64,000 nt of DNA from Acidobacteriota bacterium (GTDB taxonomy: Bacteria > Acidobacteriota > UBA890 > WLXD01): NCBI GenBank assembly GCA_963666055.2, contig CAXWPH010000015.1:896001-960000 (forward strand), written 5' to 3'. Below are positions 57,455 to 64,000 of the stretch, one piece after another. A program made the translations under genes and the position numbers. The first letter of the stretch is position 1. Each line of letters begins with the position of its first letter. Below the pieces are notes generated by a model. It searched no databases, was not told where the DNA came from, and saw only the letters and a list, made by a program, of their open reading frames with translations.

Positions 57455-58308
57455 GTCCACTGAGGGTGGCGCGGATCCCCTACCTCAACTCGGTTCCGTT
57501 CTATCAGCACGTTGATGACGGCACCTTCGATCTGATCGATTTGCCGCCACGCATGCTGGGACAGGCAGCGCGCCGCGGCGAGATTGACGCTGGCATCATG
57601 TCGCTGTGCGATTCTTTCAGGAGTCCGGAGTTCATGACGCTGGGCAGCCTCTGTGTGGCGTGCGATGGGCCGGCCCATTCCGTGTTGCTGTTCTCGTGCG
57701 TATCACCTGATCAGCTCTGCGGCGCGACCATAGCCGTAACGGGACAGACCAGCACCTCGTATCCGCTGCTGCGACTGCTGTTGGAGCGGCGGTACGGCGT
57801 GGGCGCTGTACGCTACGTGCGCCGCGAACACGCTACCGACGAAGACGAAGCGGTTCTATTGATCGGCGATGCGGCACTCAAGGAGGCGGCCTCCGGGGGA
57901 CTCGTACCCGGCGGGCGCGATTACGGTGCGGTGTCCATGAGCCTGACTGGTGGGCGCTGGAGTCAGGCGCTTGATCTGAGTGCCGCGTGGGGACGGTGGC
58001 AGGAGCTGCCGTTCGTGTTCGCGCGGTGGGTGGTTCGACGCGAGGCAACGTCGGCCACGAGCGCCGAGTTGCTCGATTGCCTGGCCGCCTCGCTCGATCA
58101 GAGTCTGCGTGACCTACACCCGCTAGCTGTCGCACACGGCGGTCAGGCTGGGCTAGATGCGGCTGCAGCCTATGCCTACCTGATGGGGTTCACTTATCGG
58201 CTCGGCGCGCCGGAGACCGAGGCGATCGAGCGCTTTCGCGCCTTGCTCTCGGAATCACCCTGGTGGGCGGATCGCCGTCCGGCGCACCGTCCGGAGACCA
58301 CGACGTGA
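57451..58308 (+). CDS. mqnA: Chorismate dehydratase
   Basis: IPYLNSVP, LLIGD.AL and LPFVFA.W. Confidence 0.88.
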   Translation: MSPLRVARIPYLNSVPFYQHVDDGTFDLIDLPPRMLGQAARRGEIDAGIMSLCDSFRSPEFMTLGSLCVACDGPAHSVLLFSCVSPDQLCGATIAVTGQTSTSYPLLRLLLERRYGVGAVRYVRREHATDEDEAVLLIGDAALKEAASGGLVPGGRDYGAVSMSLTGGRWSQALDLSAAWGRWQELPFVFARWVVRREATSATSAELLDCLAASLDQSLRDLHPLAVAHGGQAGLDAAAAYAYLMGFTYRLGAPETEAIERFRALLSESPWWADRRPAHRPETTT

Positions 58309-59540
58309 CCACCCCCGGCCTGGTTACCAAGGCCTCCGAAGTGATGCGCGCTTCACGTCGGAAGGCAGCTGGCTTGAGCGACAGCGCGGCCGCCGGTGCT
58401 GCGCCCGGCTGCGTGCTGGGTGATCTGCTGATCGAGGGCACGCGCTCGGTCCGGCCCGAGGAGATTCGCGAGAAGGTCGACGCTGGCGCGCGCATCACTC
58501 CGCAGGAAGGCCTGTGGTTGCTCACGCAGGCACCGTTGGCGGAGCTTGGCGAGCTGGCCAATGTCTGGCGCTACCGGCACAACCCGGAGCGACGCGTAAC
58601 GTTCGTGGTCGACAGCAACCCCAACTACACCAATTTCTGCGATGCCGATTGCCTGTTCTGCGCTTTTTATCGTAAGCCCGGCGATGCCAAGGAGGGCTAC
58701 GCGCAGACGATCGATGAGCTCATGGATACGATCGGAAGGTCGGTCGAGCTTGGCGCGACCACCGTGCTGCTTCAGGGTGGGTTGTACGACGACCTGCCGT
58801 TTTCGTACTACGTCGACGTGACGAGAATATTCCGAGAGCGCTTCCCCGACGTTCATCCGCACCTGTTTTCGGCGCCGGAGATCGGCAAGATGCGCGAGGT
58901 GTCGGGACTCGGCTACGACGATATCTTCCGTGCTCTGAGCGACGCTGGCCTTACAACGATGCCCGGTGGCGGCGCCGAGCTTCTCTCGGACCGGGTGCGC
59001 GCGCGCATTTCTCCCAAGAAGCAGAGCAGCCTCGAGTGGCTCGAAATCCATCGAACTGCACATCGGCAAGGGCTGCGAACAACTGCCACGCTGATGTACG
59101 GGCATGCGGAGCAGCCGGCCGACATTATCGAACACCTGGAGTGTTTGCGCCGCGTACAGGACGACGCTGAAGAAGGGGAGGGGTTCACGGCGTTCATTCC
59201 GTGGTCGTACAAAGCCGTCAACACGCCGATGGAGCGCCAGTTTCCCGATAGCGTGGGGCCGTCCGTGTACCTTCGCGTCCTGGCTCTGGCCCGCCTCTAC
59301 CTCGACAACGTTCGCCACATACAGGCGTCGTGGTTCTCAGAGGGCAAGAAGGCCGGTCAGGTGGCGCTACAGTTCGGGACCGACGACTTCGGCGGTACGC
59401 TGATCGAGGAGAACGTGTTGCACGAAGCGGCGCACGATGTGAGGACTACCACCGAAGAGACCATCGAGCTCATCCGTGAGTCTGGGTTCACACCGGCGCG
59501 CCGGAAGACTCCTCTCTATGATGTGGTCGAGACGTACTGA
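58305..59540 (+). CDS. mqnC: Cyclic dehypoxanthine futalosine synthase (radical SAM)
   Basis: NYTNFCDADCLFCAFYR, LLQGG, FTAFIPW and QASW. GTGA overlap with mqnA. Confidence 0.92.
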   Translation: MTTPGLVTKASEVMRASRRKAAGLSDSAAAGAAPGCVLGDLLIEGTRSVRPEEIREKVDAGARITPQEGLWLLTQAPLAELGELANVWRYRHNPERRVTFVVDSNPNYTNFCDADCLFCAFYRKPGDAKEGYAQTIDELMDTIGRSVELGATTVLLQGGLYDDLPFSYYVDVTRIFRERFPDVHPHLFSAPEIGKMREVSGLGYDDIFRALSDAGLTTMPGGGAELLSDRVRARISPKKQSSLEWLEIHRTAHRQGLRTTATLMYGHAEQPADIIEHLECLRRVQDDAEEGEGFTAFIPWSYKAVNTPMERQFPDSVGPSVYLRVLALARLYLDNVRHIQASWFSEGKKAGQVALQFGTDDFGGTLIEENVLHEAAHDVRTTTEETIELIRESGFTPARRKTPLYDVVETY

Positions 59541-59568
59541 GTCTAAGTTGCGCGGTCGGCGTAGGGCG

Positions 59569-60225
59569 GTGCTCAAGACGCCGGCTGTGCTGTACCCCGG
59601 GCTCGTGTCTGCCCTGCTCGCTGTCGCGGTGTGCGGAGGACGCGATGCGTGGCTACACGACCCGTTGCCGGAGCGCGGCCCGGTGGTTGAACCTGCTCCG
59701 TTGCCGGCGCATGCGCCGCGAGTTCGGTTGACTACCATGGTGGGCGACATCGTCGTGGCGCTGTACGTGGATCGAGCGCCGGTCAGCGTCGCCAACTTCC
59801 TGCGTTATGTCGATGAGGGTTTCTACGACGGCACGATCTTCCACCGCGTCGAGCCGCCGACTGCCCTCCCGGTCATCCAGGCAGGTGGTTACGACGAGGA
59901 TCTGAATGCACGGCCGACGCACGATCCGGTTGCCAGTGAGGCTCACAATGGCCTGGCGAACCTGCGCGGTACGGTGGCGCTTGCCCGTCGCGGAAACGAT
60001 ACCGGCAGCGCCACTTCACAGTTCTTCATCAACTACCTCGACAACCCGAGTCTCGACCACGCCGGGACCGACCACCCGGGTTACACGGTGTTCGGGCTCG
60101 TCGTCGAAGGGATCGAGGCCGTCGATCGGATCGCTCTGGTGCCGACAGCGCCGGAGCCTGGCACGACCCTGGGATACGTGCCAATGGTTCCGCTAGTGAT
60201 CGAGAGCGCACGCCGCGATCCGTAG
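59569..60225 (+). CDS. Cyclophilin-type peptidyl-prolyl isomerase (exported)
   Basis: APVSVANF, FYDGTIFHRV, SATSQFFIN and YTVFG. Confidence 0.9.
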   Translation: MLKTPAVLYPGLVSALLAVAVCGGRDAWLHDPLPERGPVVEPAPLPAHAPRVRLTTMVGDIVVALYVDRAPVSVANFLRYVDEGFYDGTIFHRVEPPTALPVIQAGGYDEDLNARPTHDPVASEAHNGLANLRGTVALARRGNDTGSATSQFFINYLDNPSLDHAGTDHPGYTVFGLVVEGIEAVDRIALVPTAPEPGTTLGYVPMVPLVIESARRDP

Positions 60226-60327
60226 CCCCGTTACCGGTCTTCGATGCGCGACGCCCGAAGTCTGGCGCCAGGTAGTGGCAGCGCGGAGAGAGTCTCCAGA
60301 GAAAACGCGCTTGCCGACAAGCAGGCG

Positions 60328-62343
60328 CTATTGCCCGCGGCGTGGCGCATCCTCGCCGAGGCGTGCCTGCAACCAGGCGTATGTCCGGCCGGTGCGCAAG
60401 CGCAAGCCGGCGTCCTCCCGCTCGATACCCGGTAGCGCGAAGGCTCGCAGCGAGCTCTCGGCGGCGTGCATGTACGCACTTCGGCGACCCGTGTCATCGG
60501 TAAGCAACGCGCCGTACGCGAATCCGTCGGCAAGGAGCGATGCGGCGGGGCACGAGAGCATTTGATCGAGCAGTTGCTGTAGCGCCTGTTCGGCTTGACG
60601 ATCGGCTCGCTGCGTCAGCCGCCTGGCCCAGGCATAGCGGCCGAGTGCCTCGAGCACCAGCCCGGCCTTCGCGGCGTCGGGTCCGCATGCAGCCGCATGC
60701 AGTCCGATCGCCACGGTTCGTAGCCTGGCTTGCGCCGCCTGCAGGTGGACGGGAGAGCCGGTGAACTCCCACATGTCGAGGTGCGCCACGGGCAGCCACG
60801 GATTGGCATCACGATCGTTGTTTCGCAGGAGTGCGCCCGCCGCCGCAGCGAGTGCCTCCTCGACGCGCGGATCTCCGGTGAGCCAGAAGTACAGTAGCGG
60901 CCCGCGCAGCCGCAGCCCGAAGCCCTCGTCGGCACCGGCGGCGACGCGCTGCGCCGCGGCTTGCAGCCAGGCAGCCTCGTTTCCCTGGCTGCCAAGCCAG
61001 CTGGCGAGTAACCCGAAGGCCGGGTCCCAGTCTCCGTCGGCCCTCATCGCAGCATCGGCGGCTGCCGCCTCGACGACGCCGAGGCCTGCCGGGCCCAGAC
61101 CGAGTGAGTCGTGATACCAGGTAGTCTCTGCCGTCGCCACGAGCGGGCTCGAGAAGGCGCGGAACTCTCGGACGTCACCGGCACGCCCACCTCGGAACTG
61201 CAAGAAGAGCTCGACCGTGGCACAGCCGTTGCCGACGGGGGTGATGTCGACGGTAATGTCGCCGGCGCCTGCGAGGCTGATCTCGCGTACGCTGCTATCG
61301 GAGCCGGGCAGCGCTCCGACCGTGACGCCCCACCCGAGGGCGCTCACCTCGGCCCAAGCGACGCTCTCGTCGGTCCAGAACGACTGCCCGTCGAGTTGGG
61401 CACTCCACACTGCATCGGCATCCTGTCGGACCATCCGTGCCACGCTGCGGGCGTCGAGAGGGAAGGACTCGCCAGGAAACCAATCGCTTTCCGCGTCGCC
61501 GACAGATAATCCCAGCGCCACGCGGAGCGGGTCACCGAGGGTCTCGACGGGAATACGCAGCCGCACAACATCGTTGGTCGGAACCCCACAAGCCCGCACG
61601 ACGGTCCGTAGCCACGGCCGATTCCGATAGGCGTGCAGCCAGACCAGCAGGCGTGCAGCAGAGTTGCCCGTTGGCTGCGCTTCCAATCGAACGATGGCCT
61701 CGGCCGGCCCAGAGGAGAGCAGTCGCGCGCGCAACGGTATCGCCTCCAGCCCTGTGGGCCCCGGCCACTGCAGCTCAGCGCCGCTGTCGCCAATCAGTCG
61801 TACATCGAGGCGCCGGTCCCCGTTCATGTCGATGCGGAGATTCTCGAACAGGCCACCGCCTTCGTTGGCGACGCGGAATCCGAGCGCCCCCGTATCAACA
61901 TGGATACCGTCCGGCCCACGCCAAGCGATCTTTGCGGTCGGAGCAGCAGTCGGGCTTTGCACGAGCTCGAAGGTTGCTTTGCTCCGTGCCTGCAGGTCGG
62001 TTGCGAAGGTCAGTGCCAACCATTTGATGGGCGCGCTGGGGTCGTCGGTCGGACGGTTCCAACGCGCCAGCACACGAGCGTTGAAAGGGATCGGCTCGCC
62101 GTTCGAGTCGCGCAGGTCGAACGCTGTGATATCGACAACGCCGCTGTTCTGGGGCAGCGGGACGCCGGCCAGCACGGGCGCCTGTGATCGTTGAATCCCG
62201 GCAGTTTCCGTTACCTGCAAGCGGATGCCCTGCGGCTGGCTGCCGCCCAGCGCCTGGGCGCGAGCGCCGCCGGCGCACACAATCGCCAACAGTGCGGTAA
62301 GCAATGCGCGGAATGATATTCGTGATTTCAAAGCTCTCATCAT
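60328..62343 (-). CDS. Secreted hypothetical protein, possibly PcRGLX/YetA-like fold
   Basis: Signal peptide, then PVLAGVPLP..RVLARW..IKW N-domain, a beta-sandwich and a helical C-terminus. The family call is tentative. Confidence 0.6.
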   Translation of the reverse strand: MMRALKSRISFRALLTALLAIVCAGGARAQALGGSQPQGIRLQVTETAGIQRSQAPVLAGVPLPQNSGVVDITAFDLRDSNGEPIPFNARVLARWNRPTDDPSAPIKWLALTFATDLQARSKATFELVQSPTAAPTAKIAWRGPDGIHVDTGALGFRVANEGGGLFENLRIDMNGDRRLDVRLIGDSGAELQWPGPTGLEAIPLRARLLSSGPAEAIVRLEAQPTGNSAARLLVWLHAYRNRPWLRTVVRACGVPTNDVVRLRIPVETLGDPLRVALGLSVGDAESDWFPGESFPLDARSVARMVRQDADAVWSAQLDGQSFWTDESVAWAEVSALGWGVTVGALPGSDSSVREISLAGAGDITVDITPVGNGCATVELFLQFRGGRAGDVREFRAFSSPLVATAETTWYHDSLGLGPAGLGVVEAAAADAAMRADGDWDPAFGLLASWLGSQGNEAAWLQAAAQRVAAGADEGFGLRLRGPLLYFWLTGDPRVEEALAAAAGALLRNNDRDANPWLPVAHLDMWEFTGSPVHLQAAQARLRTVAIGLHAAACGPDAAKAGLVLEALGRYAWARRLTQRADRQAEQALQQLLDQMLSCPAASLLADGFAYGALLTDDTGRRSAYMHAAESSLRAFALPGIEREDAGLRLRTGRTYAWLQARLGEDAPRRGQ

Positions 62344-62460
62344 AATTTTCGAAGTTTTATACTAGTGCACAGTGTCTTTTAGATAGTATCAATAGCTAAT
62401 CGAATGCTCGAAGAACTAACCGGTCGACGAGAAATTTGCCCCTCAACGGCAGCAGCGCGT

Positions 62461-62476
62461 CACCACGGCCTGCTAG
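62461..62476 (-). repeat. Isolated end of the CTAG-MITE family
   Basis: CACCACGGCCTGCTAG is identical to 840-855 and lies 3 bp from the mqnD stop. Confidence 0.55.
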
Positions 62477-62479
62477 GGG

Positions 62480-63319
62480 TTAGTAGAGGTCGACCGCCGG
62501 TACCGCGGTCAGGAGCCCAGCAGCTCGGGCGCGTTCAAAAAGACGTTCGATGGCCCGTTGCCCGGCTACACCCATATCGAGGGTTGCCGCGTTGACATAT
62601 CGGTACACGTACTCCTCGAGGTCATCGCGGGCCAGGCCGCGCGCGTAGCTCGCGGCGAAGTCGAGGGCTTCCTCCGGATGCTGGAATGCGGCGTGCACGC
62701 TGTGAGCGAAGGCGTCGGCGACCGCCTCCTGAACCGCTGCGGCAAGATCGCGGCGAATAGCTACCACTCCGAGCGGTAGCGGTAGCTGCTCGCGTTTGGC
62801 CCATTCCAGCGCCGGCTCGAAGAGCGCGTGCAGCCCCATACGTTCGTATACCAGTTGCCCTTCGTGAATGATCAATCCGGCGTCCACCTCACCGGCGACC
62901 ACCGCGTCGAGGATGGCATCAAATCGCATCTCGACCTCCTCATAGGTCGTGCCGGCATAGATGCGCAGTAGCATCCGGGCGGTGGTCAGGGCTCCCGGGA
63001 TGGCCACCGTGAGCCCCGAAAGTGGTCCGTCGGTGCCCGCGCTCGGCGGTCGGTTACCGACCACTAGCGGTCCGTACCCGTCGCCGAAGCTGGCTCCGCA
63101 GCGCAACAGCCGATAGCGGTCGGCGAATGTCGGGTAGGCACCCACAGAGATTGCGCTGAGATCGAGGCGGCCGTCCTCGGTACCTCGATTCAGCGACTCG
63201 ATGTCGGCGAACTCCAACTCGGCGTCGAGGCCGCGCCGCTTCAACTCAGCGCGCAGCCCCCATGCCATGAACGCGTCGTCGGGGTCGGCGCTTTGCCCGA
63301 TTCGGAGGATCTGTGACAT
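62480..63319 (-). CDS. mqnD: 1,4-dihydroxy-6-naphthoate synthase
   Basis: SADPDDAF, GDGYGP, AIPGALTTA, IIHEGQ and LPLPLG. Confidence 0.9.
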   Translation of the reverse strand: MSQILRIGQSADPDDAFMAWGLRAELKRRGLDAELEFADIESLNRGTEDGRLDLSAISVGAYPTFADRYRLLRCGASFGDGYGPLVVGNRPPSAGTDGPLSGLTVAIPGALTTARMLLRIYAGTTYEEVEMRFDAILDAVVAGEVDAGLIIHEGQLVYERMGLHALFEPALEWAKREQLPLPLGVVAIRRDLAAAVQEAVADAFAHSVHAAFQHPEEALDFAASYARGLARDDLEEYVYRYVNAATLDMGVAGQRAIERLFERARAAGLLTAVPAVDLY

Positions 63320-63423
63320 CGTTTCCAGAAGTCCTGTGCCCGGCTCGGGTGGGCGCGGGGAGCTGGCGACTGTCTCTCGGGCACTGTAGTTTAGCTGCTC
63401 CCGCCAACCCCGTCTGATTCCCA

Positions 63424-64000
63424 ATGAGTTCGATCGAAGCTCCTACATCGAGAGCGTCTGCGGTTGAAGAGGAGGATCTCCTCGCCTGGCGTGAGGAGTT
63501 CCCGATCCTCGAATCGTCGTCCTATCTGATCTCGAACTCGCTAGGCGCGATGCCGCGTGGGGTACGCGCGGCGCTGGCCGGCTACGCAGACACGTGGGCG
63601 ACCCGTGGTGTAGGTGCTTGGGAAGAGGGGTGGTGGCTCCTGCCGGAGGAGGTCGGCAACGCCATCGGCAGCATCATCGGGGCGCCGCCGGGCACCGTAT
63701 CGACGCATCAGAACGTCACCTTGGCGTCAGCTGTGCTGGCATCATGTTTCGACTTTTCGTCAGAACGCAACCGCATCGTTTGCTCGGAGCTCAACTTTCC
63801 GTCGATTGTGCAGATGTATCGTGGCTACGAGCGCCACGGAGCGCAGCTGCATCTCGTCGCGTCGCCAGACGGTTTCGAGGTGCCTACAGAGGCGATGATT
63901 GCTGCGATCGACGAGCGCACCGCGCTGGTGCCAATCTCGCACGTCATCTTCCGCGGCAGCTACTTGCAGGACGTCGAAGCGATCATTGCCCGCGCCCGCG
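63424..64000 (+). CDS. Class V PLP enzyme (kynureninase-like), runs off the window
   Basis: Not in the ORF track. Translates MSSIEAP..WREEFPIL..YLISNSLGAMP..ELNFPS..ISHVIF. Confidence 0.8.
   Translation, partial: MSSIEAPTSRASAVEEEDLLAWREEFPILESSSYLISNSLGAMPRGVRAALAGYADTWATRGVGAWEEGWWLLPEEVGNAIGSIIGAPPGTVSTHQNVTLASAVLASCFDFSSERNRIVCSELNFPSIVQMYRGYERHGAQLHLVASPDGFEVPTEAMIAAIDERTALVPISHVIFRGSYLQDVEAIIARAR

Overview
High-GC bacterial DNA in two parts. Gene content is compatible with a marine Acidobacteriota or Gemmatimonadota-type organism, but the taxon cannot be proven from this window. (1) About 1-23.4 kb is a mosaic accessory island off the 3' end of a tRNA-Val(CAC) gene (23425-23497, minus strand). 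It carries intact, mostly exported enzymes: an MBL hydrolase, two Tat spermidine-dehydrogenase-like flavoproteins, two sulfatases, a serine hydrolase, and YVTN and NHL beta-propellers. These are separated by mobile-element debris: two identical tRNA-Val 3' halves, each with a positionally conserved att-arm-like flank, a tRNA-fMet 3' half, a tyrosine-integrase C-terminal remnant, IS6-type ends, a complete IS5, a CTAG-flanked MITE, kinase gene stubs, a truncated ParA with its ParB_C-like partner, a RelE/XRE toxin-antitoxin pair and a set of short dispersed repeats. The main highlights are a 2.34-kb integrase-free single-gene unit bounded by tRNA halves, and a low-GC foreign gene fused in frame to the 5' UTR and Tat signal of a SpdH-like paralog. 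(2) About 23.7-64 kb is core-like: a Tat-signal alanine-racemase homolog, an Rrf2-led SUF operon, a PP2C/NHL/PEGA cluster, erpA, ubiE/menG, a fatty-acid hydroxylase, EF-G2, ompA-BNR-lspA-lgt-rluD, and a futalosine menaquinone cluster (ubiA/ubiX/ubiD-like, mqnE, mqnA, mqnC, mqnD). All alignments and counts were done by eye.
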